64,000 nucleotides of DNA. Source: Chloropicon primus (Eukaryota). The notes under the pieces are model-generated. The model was not told the DNA's origin. It saw only the letters and a list, made by a program, of their open reading frames with translations, and searched no databases. Made by a program: the position numbers and the translations under genes. Of this stretch, positions 1 to 10,520 are shown piece after piece. Location of the stretch: positions 496,001 to 560,000 of the forward strand of contig CP060757.1 in NCBI GenBank assembly GCA_023205875.1, written 5' to 3'. The first letter of the stretch is position 1; each line of letters opens with the position of its first letter.

Positions 1-1005
1 GACCCGGCAGTAGTTCCAAAGACGCCTCGACTTGTCCCTCGGGATTTGGACCTGCCTCCTTTCCCCCGGGATCCAGGGCTGGGCGCCTTTCCTCGAATGC
101 AGCACAGTCCAGTCCAGTCCGTTCTCGCTGCACTTGAGCGCCCAGCTGGTCGGCCCGCCGAAGACGGCGCCGCCCAAAGCCGCGAGATTCACCTGGCCGT
201 CCTCGCCCTCCGACGAGCCGCGGGGGGGGGGCGAAGCGGGGTACGACGACAAGCTGTAGCCCCTGACGGGCCTCGGCTCCTGGAAGCTGTACTCGATCCA
301 CTGGGGCTTCCCCTCCTCCGCTGTCCAGGGCCGGCTCATCCACACCGTGGAGACATCCCCGTCGAACGCGAAGGATGGCCTGTGCTCCTCGTAGCTCTTG
401 GTCGTGCTCGCCGAGGCGTACGAGAGGTGCGACGAGAGGTCGGCCTCGCCCTGCTGCTCCCTCTGCTTGCGCCTAAGAAGATCCTCGAGGTCGAGCGTCT
501 TCAGCTGGGCGTTGGTGACGCCGTACGAGGGCGACGACCCCTTCGGATCGCCGACCACGGCGGGCCCGATCCCGATCCCCTGCTGCCCGCCATCATCGTC
601 CGGGGAGGCGTCCTGGAGCAGCAGGGGGAGAACGTCCCTGCTCAGCGTGATCGCGTCTCCGGGCGCGCTCTCGGCCCTCGCGAGCTGGCCCCCAGCGAGG
701 GCCCCCAGGAGCTTGTCGCCCAGCGCGCTCCTCAAGTCGGAGACTCTGGGCGTTACGGAGACGTCCTCGCCAGTAACGGCCTCGATCTCGTCCACCCAAA
801 TGACTTTCTTGATGTACTTTGCCTTGCCCGTGCCGTTCGAGTCCAGCAGACCGGTCTGGGGCTCGAGGGGCACGTTCCAGCCCAGGGACCTCTCCCCACC
901 CCGGGTCGGCGCTCCACCGTCCTCCTGGGCCAGGCACCACGACGACGAGAGCAACGAGGAGATCGCCGCGATCAGCGCCACGACGGCGAAGAAGTGGTCC
1001 GACAT
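1..1005 (-). CDS. Secreted protein with F5/8 type C (discoidin/galactose-binding-like) domain; 3' end lies beyond the window start
   Basis: Own translation (absent from the ORF track because it has no stop in the window). Signal peptide MSDHFFAVVALIAAISSLLSSSWCLA, then ASASTTKSYEEHRPSFAFDGDVSTVWMS...PQWIEYSF...RGYSL...PTSWALKCSENGLDWTVL. Confidence 0.7.
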   Translation of the reverse strand, partial: MSDHFFAVVALIAAISSLLSSSWCLAQEDGGAPTRGGERSLGWNVPLEPQTGLLDSNGTGKAKYIKKVIWVDEIEAVTGEDVSVTPRVSDLRSALGDKLLGALAGGQLARAESAPGDAITLSRDVLPLLLQDASPDDDGGQQGIGIGPAVVGDPKGSSPSYGVTNAQLKTLDLEDLLRRKQREQQGEADLSSHLSYASASTTKSYEEHRPSFAFDGDVSTVWMSRPWTAEEGKPQWIEYSFQEPRPVRGYSLSSYPASPPPRGSSEGEDGQVNLAALGGAVFGGPTSWALKCSENGLDWTVLHSRKGAQPWIPGERRQVQIPRDKSRRLWNYCRV

Positions 1006-1378
1006 CGAGAGATGCCGCCGCGTCAGGGGTACCACGCGACCACCAACCAGTAAAATGCGTTCGCGAATCGCGTTTGCGATTCTGTTGTGTTGTGCGCTCC
1101 TCCTGCTCGGGTTCGTTCCCCTCCTCCTCCATCGCAGATCTCGAGATCAGAAAATCGCAGATGTCAAGGGGAAGCGGCCGTCGCATGAAAATGAATGAAT
1201 TGAGAGGGAGGAGGGAAGAGAAACGGTTTGAGGCCGACGACCATTCATCGCACTCGGAGAGTGAGAAGAGGACAAAGAGGCAGGCGCCTTCCCCCCAAGC
1301 CGAAGTTGTTCATCTGCGAATCGAATCACGGGACGACGACGTTACGAGATGGTGGCGAGAAGAAGGAGTACATGGGTG

Positions 1379-1993
1379 ATGACCATGCCATCGGTCGTGG
1401 TGATGCTGGCCCTGCTGGCGGTGATGTGCGGATCCGCCGTCGAAGCGAAGAGAGGCGCCGTGCCCGGGAAGAGGGTCGCTTGGGAGTACTGCGATCCGAA
1501 CGCGACGTACCCGGCCAACGTCACGAGCGTGAGAATGAACCGCTACCCACCAAGGGCGGGGGACCGAGTCAAGCTCAGCGTGAGGGGCTTCCACAGTAAG
1601 TATTTAGGTTCGAAGGCGAGGCGCGTGACGCGCGCGGCCCTCTCGCGAGAAAAAATTGAGCTGAGCTGAGCTGAGCTGAACTGGAAAAACGACGGCCTGA
1701 CCTTGCCCTCTGCTGACTCCTTCTCCCCAGGCGAGCCGGTCACGGGCGGGACGATTGACTTTGGAGCTTCCTTCAAGGGCATGAGCCTCTACAAGGGCAG
1801 CGAGGACCTGTGCAGGAGGAGCAAGTGCCCCGTCCTGCCCTCCGGAGAGTACCGCTACAGGGCCTCGGAGCGGTTGCCGAGGTTCACTCCCCCCGGCGTC
1901 TACGGCTTGGACGTGAACGTCCACGATCAGGACGGCAAGGAGATTCTTTGCCTCAAAGCGAAGCTCCCGGTCATGCCCGCGGTGCCGCAGTGA
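1379..1993 (+). CDS. ML (MD-2-related lipid recognition / NPC2-like) domain protein, 2 exons (intron 1596-1730)
   Basis: Signal peptide, WEYC...DLC..SKCPV...LPRFTPPGVY...D.DGKEILC motifs. The GTAAGT...CTGAC...CCCCAG intron joins ORFs 1349.. and 1703.. in frame. Confidence 0.8.
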
Positions 1994-2187
1994 CCACCAC
2001 CACCAAGCGAGGCCGAGCATTTTGCATGATACAATACAAGTAACAAGAAAGAATTTTTCGCTTTTCAATTGGATGGATCCTTCCCTGAACTTGTTCCTCC
2101 TTTGGGGGCATGAACCAGGCCAAACAAAAGAGGCAGCCAAAACACACACACACAACAAACACACACACACACACAGAGGGAGAGGTT

Positions 2188-2234
2188 CCATCGGCATTGT
2201 CCCTTCCACCATCGGCATTGTCCCTTCCACCATC
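2188..2234. repeat. 21-bp tandem repeat (CCATCGGCATTGTCCCTTCCA x2 plus partial)
   Basis: Read directly from the sequence. Confidence 0.85.
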
Positions 2235-2387
2235 CCCGTCATCCCCTAAGCCACGTGGTGGTGGCCAGTCTGGCAAACCTTTTTTCGCTTTTTTTTATAG
2301 CAGAAGAAGAGGATAAGAAACCAAGACCAAGACCAAGACCAAGACTGCCTCCCGCGAAAAACAAGAGGAAGAAGAGACAGAAGCACG

Positions 2388-2809
2388 ATGTCGCACGGAG
2401 CACCAAGCTTGATCAAGAACGGATCGCCCTGCATTCACATGAGTTGGGTTGTCCCGGAGGAGAAGGAGGCCGAGTTGGACGCGTTCTGGAAGTCGCACGA
2501 AGCTTGGATGAGAAAGACTCATACCATTGGCTGCGTTTTCGACGACGAGACCAAGCCCAGGCTCCTGCACTACTACATCGCCAAGGGAAAGCAGATGACC
2601 GACCCGATGGACCCCACCAAGGGCACGACTGGCAACGTTGTGTACCAGATGTCGGAGACGTACGTCGCCGACGAGGACATCCAGAGGCACATGAAGGTCG
2701 CCTCGGAGTGGGAGCCCTTCAAGAGCGGAACGATGGCCAAGTACATCCAGGAGTACGGAAACCACACCACGCTCGGAACGGACAAGATCTTCTGCGGAAT
2801 GGCCGACTA

Positions 2810-2810
<1 letters not shown>
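2388..2810 (+). CDS. Uncharacterised 140-aa protein, possibly dimeric alpha+beta barrel (ABM-like) fold
   Basis: Intronless ORF with host-like codon bias. The pattern MSWVVP.E...D.FW.SH..WM...SETY...DIQRH resembles ABM-type topology (inference). Confidence 0.6.
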
Positions 2811-2843
<33 letters not shown>

Positions 2844-2965
2844 TGTGGAGGAGGGCGTGCTTGCCCGAACACGAGTGGGTGAGCTAGTCTACAAGAACTA
2901 TTTTACAGCCCTTTGTTATCGAATTAGTAATAACAAGATATATCGTCCTCCGCGACCCCTTTCTG

Positions 2966-5163
2966 TCACTTGTGGTGGTGCTTGTTCCAGTGGATGTTCA
3001 TGCTTCCTATCGGCGGCAGCACCGCGCTCTGACCTTGGTGGCTGTTGCTCGAAGCGTAGCTGCTCCCGTGGCCGTGGTGGTGGCTACCCTCGTGCTGCTG
3101 CATGTTGTGGTAAGCGTGCGACTTCTTCGCGTGAATCTTGTTCAGGGCCCGCTGCTGGACCCCGTAAACCAAGGAGGCGCGGTTCCGAGAGCTGTATTGG
3201 CTGCTGCTATTGGACTCGTAACTGTTGCTGTGGCCGTGGTGGTGCTGCTGGCTCGGTGGGATGTGGGACAAGGACTTGCCGTACGTCTGAGTGAGGTGCT
3301 CGTGGCTGCTCTTGAGGTACGACATGTAAGGCTTGGACGAGTGGTGCTTGTGCTTCCCGTACGGACTCCTTTTCGCGCCCTCCGAGTTCCTGTAGTTCCT
3401 GTAGGAGGACATCGTCATGTGACCCTCCTGGATCCACTTGTGCTGCATGGCTTCCTCGGGGGTGAAGCGCTTCTCGATGTCCCACTTCAGGCAGCCCTCC
3501 AGGAACGAGATGAAGAGCTGGTCCGTGCACCTCAGGGCGTCGGAGAGGGTCTTGTTCCCCGGCCTTCGCCTCTTGTTGCGAGAGTTCACCACAAGCTTGG
3601 GGTGGTCATCCTCGTCGAAAAAGAGCTTCTTCCTCGTGGCGAGGTCCAGCATGCGCTTTGGCGGCAGGCCGAGGATCTCCATGATGCAAGCCAGCTGCTC
3701 GCTCTCGTTCTCCCCCGCGAACAGGGGGTACCCCGTGTACAGCTCGGCCAAGATGCACCCGAAGCTCCATATGTCAATCGAGACGTCGTAAGGCAAGCCC
3801 AAGATCACTTCAGGCGCCCTGTAGAACCTGGACTGGATGTAGGTGTACACGCGCTCATCCTCGAAGCAGGAGGACCCGAAGTCGATCACTTTTATTGCTG
3901 ACTTGCTGGGCTGCTTCAGCAGGATGTTCTCCGGCTTCAGATCACAGTGAATCACGCGCTCCTTTTTCAGGAACTTCAAGGCCACCAAGATCTGGGAAGC
4001 AAACCTTCGAATCAGGCTCAGGCTCAAGCCCTGAAAGTTATTGCTTCGGATGAACTCGTACAAGTTGATCGAAAGAAGCTCGAACGAGATGCACAGGTGG
4101 TTCCTGAAGTAAAAGTACTCGAAGGTGTGCACAATGTTCACCTCGTCGTTCACGTCCTTGTGCCGGAGGTGCTCTAAAATCTTCACCTCAATCAAGGCCT
4201 GGTGATGGAAGCGCTTCTTGTTTCGAATCACCTTGACAGCCTTCACGGTATTCGTCTTGTGGTCCAAGCACTTCATGACTTGCCCGAAGGAGCCCTTGCC
4301 CAGCAGCCCCTGGACCTCGTACCTGTACCCCACGTGGTCCCGCACGATCACCTGATAGTCTCCGTTCTCGTCATCAAAACCGTGATTGTTCTTGCCGGTT
4401 ATTGGGGACCCTTTGATCTTCTTCACGTTCTCCCCCAAGTAGTAGATCTTCGGGTACTCGAGCACCTCGCTCTGCTCGAAGTCAGTAAGCTTGTCCGAGT
4501 GGTGCTTCAGTGCCCCGTACGGAGTGATTGGGAACTGCACGGCTTGCTGGATCTTGGTTGCTTCCTTGTTGAAGCGGTGCTTGAGTCCTGGCTCGTACGA
4601 TTGGCGCAAGGTCGTCCGGGAAGTCGATGTCTGCCGAGCGTCGCTGTACTTCTGACCGTAACGATGGCTCCTGCGTCACAACAGCAAAGGGAGAGAGAGA
4701 CAGAGACAGAGAGAAATCAGAGATGAGTCAGCGAGGAGAAGGATAGGAATAGAATATTTGAAGTCTTTCGAGGCACGGGGTCTCCGGAGGGCACCTCGGA
4801 TCGACGTCGACTCTGCGGCTCGGTCCCCGGTGATGCCACGGCGTGTAGCACTTACCTTGCAGGGAAGATCTCGTCGGTGGAGTCCTCGCTCGTTAGCGTC
4901 CCCGGGCTATCGTACTTGTCCTGGTACTTCTTGTGGTTCCCTTTCCTCTTCTCCGGTTTCTCGTAGTGCGGCGCGAGGCCGTTGTTCTTTCGCGTGAATT
5001 CCTGCTGACTCGGCGGCAACCTGCTGGACGAGTTGTCCCTGCTGTCCCAGCCCTCGCCACTCTTCTCTGGAACCAACTTTGCCTTGGCATTAGCCAGAAA
5101 AGGAAGTCCCTTGGATAGCTTCCCACCGTGGGAAGACACTCCGTGCAGGGACCCAAGCTCCAT
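2966..5163 (-). CDS. Class II DYRK dual-specificity kinase (DYRK2/4-like), 2 exons (intron 4671-4855)
   Basis: DH box NNHGFDDENGDY, GKGSFGQV, HCDLKPEN, DFGSSC, YTYIQSRFYRAPE. The GTAAG...CAG intron joins exon 4856-5163 in frame. Confidence 0.92.
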
Positions 5164-5647
5164 TTTTTAGCGCCCCCTCCCTCCCGCTATGCACGGAGTA
5201 TTCCTGGCCCTCCCCTTCTTGCCTTGTGCTTCCTTTGGCCCCCGCCACCCTCGTCTGACTCACACCTCGTTCCCTCGTTCCAAGCGTTTCGGTTCACTCG
5301 AGACGACTTTTTGCCATTTCTGCAACGCGGGGTCTCTCAATGCGGTGAACCGTCCTTCCACCGAACTCGTGGGAACACGCCTGGTCACTCTGTACTGTCC
5401 CGTGGCCTTCCAAGGTCGTGAACTTGGGGCTCGGCGGTGTACTCTGCAAGGCGCGACGTTTTGCCGCCTTTGCCTTTGTCTGGATAGACTGAAAGAAACT
5501 CCTCGTCTGATTCCATTTGACCTTCGTTTCCTGGAGGGCAGACAAACTCAGGATGATGAAGGAAGTGAGCCAGAGGGTGACGGGTAAGCTCCGATAATGG
5601 GGGGGGTGCATATATTACAAGAGGAAGGGGTGGTGATACAGCCTATC

Positions 5648-6746
5648 TTAAAGGTTGGTGAGGATTTCCACTCCGGTTTCAGTGATAAGCAGGGTGTGCT
5701 CGAACTGGGCGGACAAGCTGCCGTCTGCGGTCACTGCGGTCCAGTTGTCCTTCCATATCTTCGGCTTGATCGAACCAAGCGTGAGCATAGGCTCTATCGT
5801 GAACGTTTGCCCGACCTCCATAACGCCGGGCTCCCTGTTTGGGTAGTGCAGGACGACGGGACTGCTGTGAAACACGGTGCCCACACCGTGACCCACGAAA
5901 CTCTTCACGACGTTCATCTTGTAGGAGTTTGCGACCTTTTGGATCTCTTGCCCGATCCTGTTGAAGCGGACCCCTGGGGCGCATATCGCTATGGAGGCGT
6001 CCAGGGACTCTTTGGTGGCTTGAACGAGCCTCTTGGCCTCGTCCGTGACGCTCTCGCCCACGAAGAACATCCTGCTCGTGTCCCCGTGGTGGCCGTCCAG
6101 AAAGACCGTCACATCGATGTTGACAATGTCCCCGTCCTCAAGAGGTCGGGAGTCTGGGATGCCGTGGCAAATGCACTCGTTGATGGAGGTGCAAACACTC
6201 TTCGGGAACCCCCCGTACCTGAGTGGCGATGGATACGCCCCCCTCTCTATGACCATCTGGTGCACCGCCTTGTCGATGTCGTCCGTTTTCACCCCGGGCC
6301 GAACCATCTTGCCAGCCATCTCCAACACCTCCGCCGCAAACCTTCCAGAAGCTCTCATCCTCTCGATGCCCTCCTTGTTGTGTACCTGGTAGTTATCGTC
6401 CCACGGGGGATTCTCCTGCGTTTCCGCGTAAGGTGGCCTGTTGATGTTGGCCGGAACCGGAAGCGGCGGCGAAATAACTCCTGGCATGAGCCGGTTCCTG
6501 TTCTTTCCCCTGTCGCAGAGGCACGACAGTTGACCACGAGGTTGCGAAAGCGAAAGTCAACACAGTTCTGGAGACGACGGAAGCAGGAGAGGGGTTGCCT
6601 CGGTTGCGCCATACTCACCCTTTCTTCTCCGCGAACCCTTTCTTCCTGGACATGATCTCAGAAAAACCTCTCCTCGCTTGTATCCACAGGCTGCTCGACC
6701 TCCCCACCCCGCAACTCATGGCCACGGCACCCCTCATTCTCAACAT
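5648..6746 (-). CDS. Organellar type I methionine aminopeptidase (MAP1D-like), 2 exons (intron 6510-6618)
   Basis: GFPKSVCTSINECICHGIPD, NIDVT, HGDTS, GHGVG, TIEP, SAQFEHT. Upstream exon encodes an Arg-rich presequence MLRMRGAVAMSCGVGRSSSLWIQARRGFS. Confidence 0.92.
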
Positions 6747-7842
6747 GTTGTGAGTCTAGAGTTCCAGAGTATCCCTCGTGCTGGTGCTGGTTTCGCGCAC
6801 CTAAGGAATCCAATTACAGCCTTCAAGCGAAACTTGGCGAGGTAAAAGTATCGATCGAAAGGTCGCGAGACGTACGTGTTATTCGTCCGAGAACTCAAAA
6901 CCCCTACCCCTACCCTCTCCTTTCTCCTCCTCGTCCTCCTCCTTGGGAGCTCTTCTCCTTGGTGAGTGGACTATTGTATAGCAAGACAAACCTCGAGCGT
7001 AAGCGCCTCCAATCCTCACCAAATCCTTCGAGTGAGGGATCCAGAGAGAGATCACGAGATGAAGAACCCTCTAATAGTCTTCCCTGGTACCTCCCTTCCC
7101 TCTTCCTCGACCGAAAGCGCCCCCAACTTACCTCCTTACCTTGGGACTCTTGGGCCCTTCCTCGTTTTGTTTTTGGATAAGTTTTGTTTTTGTCCAAATG
7201 CATGGGTTGTTTTTTTTTTTGGACGAGAGGGAGAGCGAGGGCCTAGGGCGGAAAGGGGCCAAGGCGTAGGCGTCCAACAACGAGGAGGTGAGGAATCGAA
7301 GACAGGGTGGCGTGAGAGCACGGGGGGGGACTCCAACGCGAAGGGAATGACGAACCTTTGCCTGAAGTGATAGAGGAAACGGAAGAGGGGGGGGGACGTT
7401 ACCGCGTTTGTTGTTGTGGGGAACGAGTGACGTTTGAGTTGGGTGTGTTTGAGTTGGGTGTGTGTGTGTGTGTGTGTGTGTATTTCATCGACGCGTGGCT
7501 CCCGAGCGAACGTGGAGGAGTGGTACCGAGGTTTCGTGGGCAGGGATGCGCCGCCCTCGCATCGCATCGCAACGCAACGCAACGTCTCGTGGGATCTCTA
7601 TCTCTTGGGGGACGAGTTTTTTTTGCTGACACGACACTGCTCCATCGCTTGGATATATATGTATATATCGTCCTCCTCGGCTTGCGAACCCTCTTCTGCT
7701 CTTGCTGCTCCCGCCCTGTAGAGTCTTGTTGAATCGATAACCTCTTTGTCTCTCTCAAGATTTGGGTTCCGCTTTGCGTCTGGACTCCATATCTCGCGGA
7801 GCGCGTGGGTTTGGTGAAGAGAAGAGAGAGGAGTTTGCAGCC

Positions 7843-8205
7843 ATGGCGAATATACCTCGCAGTTTCAGGCTCTTGGAGGAGCTAGAGAGGGCCGAGAAGG
7901 GGCAAGTAGACGGAACGATTAGCTATGGCCTGGATCAAGAGGACGACGTGAACCTCGTTCACTGGGTTGCTAGTATCATGGACCGCAACGGGGACCTGCA
8001 TAGTCTGAAGCTCGAGTGCTCCCCAGAGTACCCCAACAAGCCTCCAAAGGTTTACTTCACGCCAAGGATAGACAACAAACACGTCCTGCCAGACGGTCAG
8101 GTGAACACCAACTTCTGGATGATCAAGGACTGGAACTCGAGCTACTCCATAGAAAAGCTTCTCAAGGCCATAAGGGACAACATCATTCTTGGGAGGAGAA
8201 TGTGA
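7843..8205 (+). CDS. Ubiquitin-conjugating enzyme E2 variant (UEV1/MMS2 family)
   Basis: IPRSFRLLEELE..EKG..DGTISYGL and YP.KPP.V.F; lacks the catalytic Cys. Confidence 0.9.
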   Translation: MANIPRSFRLLEELERAEKGQVDGTISYGLDQEDDVNLVHWVASIMDRNGDLHSLKLECSPEYPNKPPKVYFTPRIDNKHVLPDGQVNTNFWMIKDWNSSYSIEKLLKAIRDNIILGRRM

Positions 8206-8419
8206 GCCAGAGGTGAAGCTTCGATTGGAGTTGCGCGCGAGGATTCCCTGCCCCCCCCTCTAAGCTCTAAGCAAAGTAAAGATGAAATTCAATCCTCTTT
8301 TCTTTTTGCCGTGTCCTTGGCCCGTCTCTCTCTCTCTCTCTGCTTCGCGCGCGCCCATCCATCCTCTCTGTCAATTGATGAATTTTCTGGCTCCCCTCGC
8401 CTCACCTTCCAGAGAGGAG

Positions 8420-8758
8420 ATGGCGCGCGTGGTGATCGAGAACGTGGACGGGGAGGGACTGCGGAGGTCGAAGGCCCGCGCCCTGTCGCGGAAGCTTTGC
8501 GTCGCCGGGCTCTTCGGCGTTCCTTTCTTCTGGGTCGTGCACCTGTGGTACTTTTGGCCCGAAGTCAGGAAGCCGCGAGGCGATGCGTACATAAAGAGGA
8601 ACGCGGTGGGGACCATGGCTGCCTTCTCGGTCGTCATGCTCGCTCTCGTGGTGTGGATGTTCGTGTACCACGTGGGAGGAAAGGGTTTGCTGGGAGACGC
8701 CTTCGAGAGGCTGAACATCTCCAACGTCGACCTTGACGCCCTTCTCCAGGGGGGGTAG
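8420..8758 (+). CDS. PEN2: Gamma-secretase subunit PEN-2 (presenilin enhancer 2)
   Basis: LSRKL..AG..GVPFFWVVHLWYFWP...D.YIKR followed by a second hydrophobic segment. Confidence 0.8.
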   Translation: MARVVIENVDGEGLRRSKARALSRKLCVAGLFGVPFFWVVHLWYFWPEVRKPRGDAYIKRNAVGTMAAFSVVMLALVVWMFVYHVGGKGLLGDAFERLNISNVDLDALLQGG

Positions 8759-8944
8759 TGTTAGCCCCGCCAATTCCATCTGACGCAACGACGAATCAGG
8801 AAGTGTGTGTAACCGTTTTAGCTGTACTCTAATCGCACAGGACAAGTGGGGCTCGTTGAAGTCCTCCAGGAAGTGCTCTATCTTACATTATTTACAAGCG
8901 CTTTTTTTGTATTGGTTTTTTTTTGTGTGTGCGTGTGTGTGTTC

Positions 8945-10042
8945 CTAGCCATCGTCCTCACCTGCTAGGATGATCCTCCTGCACGCGTCTGACTTGGCGC
9001 TGTACGGCATGAGCTCGCAGAGCTGCTCGAGGCTGACCAGCTTGCTGTGAAAGAAATCCCCCCGGGCTTTCTCGATGGAGACTTTTTCTCTCAGCTTGTC
9101 AAAAGCTTTCAGCCTCAGCACGAGGGTCTCCTCGATCTCGAGAAGGACGTCCTCGATCTTCTGGAGCTCGTTCCTCTTCTCCTCTTCCTCTGGGGTCAGG
9201 CCGCCCGCCGCGTCGTCCGCCCCGGCGCTCCTATCGAAGGACTGGTGGAGCGACCTTTGCGGGTATTGGTATTGCCTGTCCTCCCCCGGGCCACGGCGGC
9301 GATAGTCCTGGCCACCGTAGTCCGAGAGGTCGGACCCCGTCCCCGAGTCCAAGGTCAACTCTCCTCCACCCCTTTCACTGTTCGGCGAAGACCCGGCGAT
9401 CTCGTGGGGGCTAGGGGTCAGCTTTGCGCGAAGCAGCGCTATCTCGGCATCCCTGATGGCCTCGGCCGCGCCATCCCCGGTCTTGGACTCCGTGCCGCTG
9501 CTGTCCCCCTCGTTGGGAGACTCGCCGAAGAGCAAGGACATTCCAACCTCGCTCGGAATCAGCCGGTTGGTCAGGGCCTCCAGCGAGCTAGAGGCCTTGG
9601 AAGAGGGCGAGTACTTCTGCCTCTTCATCGCAGCCACGCGCTTCTCCAGGGCCTTGTAGGTGGTCACGACGTGAGGGCAGTTCCTCTGCACCATGGCGTA
9701 GCACCACTGGAGCATCTCGTTGTTCTCCTGGAAGTTCCCACTCGCCAGGGCCATGACGTCTAGGGCCTTGCTCAGCTTCTCCTTCGCGAGCGCCCTGTCC
9801 AATACCTTCAGGTTCCGTATCTTCTCCTCCTTGCTGCTCGGGTGGAAAGCGAGCTTGTGCAGCGGCACGCTGTCCGGGATCAAAGCGTCAACGACCTGGC
9901 AGTACGCGATCCCGTCCGAAAACTCCTCCACCTTGGTGTAGTCTATCCTGAGAAACGAGTTGATCCAGGACATCAGCTCGTACCTCCCCAGCCTCCTCTC
10001 GAGCCTGGCGAGCTTGAACCTGTGCGAAGCCTGGCCGGCCAT
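8945..10042 (-). CDS. EB1/RP-like calponin-homology domain protein with C-terminal coiled coil
   Basis: GRYELMSWINSFL...YTKVEE..DGIAYCQ...NFQENNEMLQW; C-terminal EKARGDFFHSKL..LEQLC resembles the EBH motif. Start codon uncertain. Confidence 0.8.
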   Translation of the reverse strand: MAGQASHRFKLARLERRLGRYELMSWINSFLRIDYTKVEEFSDGIAYCQVVDALIPDSVPLHKLAFHPSSKEEKIRNLKVLDRALAKEKLSKALDVMALASGNFQENNEMLQWCYAMVQRNCPHVVTTYKALEKRVAAMKRQKYSPSSKASSSLEALTNRLIPSEVGMSLLFGESPNEGDSSGTESKTGDGAAEAIRDAEIALLRAKLTPSPHEIAGSSPNSERGGGELTLDSGTGSDLSDYGGQDYRRRGPGEDRQYQYPQRSLHQSFDRSAGADDAAGGLTPEEEEKRNELQKIEDVLLEIEETLVLRLKAFDKLREKVSIEKARGDFFHSKLVSLEQLCELMPYSAKSDACRRIILAGEDDG

Positions 10043-10471
10043 ACCTCCTCGGAGTGGGGGCGACTGCACTGGGAACGAGGAGACCAAAAGCAGGGTCTGA
10101 GGTCCCAGGCCAAACCCCTATCCTTCCCTTCCTTCCAACAAAGAAGACTTTGGATCGACCTAGCGCCGTGCGTGTCTCCAACCCGGCCTGAACCTCCCTT
10201 CCTCCTCGACCAGACCACTCTCCCCTCCCCCACCACAGAGAGAGACAGAGACAGAGACAGACAGAGACAGAGACACAGAGAGAGAGAGAGAGAGACGGAG
10301 TTCCTTGACCAGTAAAGAGGGCTTTGGATCGACCGAGCCGCGCGCGCGTGTCTCCCAAACCTCCTCCCCTTCCCCTTCCCCTTGCTGCAGAGCCAAGATC
10401 TTGGGTGGTCTCCAAGGTCTGGCCTTTGGAGGAATTCTGGTTCCCGCCATCCAGCGGCGGATTCAAAGCGC

Positions 10472-10512
<41 letters not shown>

Positions 10513-10520
10513 GCTTGGCG

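Noticed and set aside
46..1198. Plus-strand ORFs 46-1053 and 398-1198
   Set aside because: They are shadows of the minus-strand discoidin-domain gene, which runs off the window and is missing from the ORF track.
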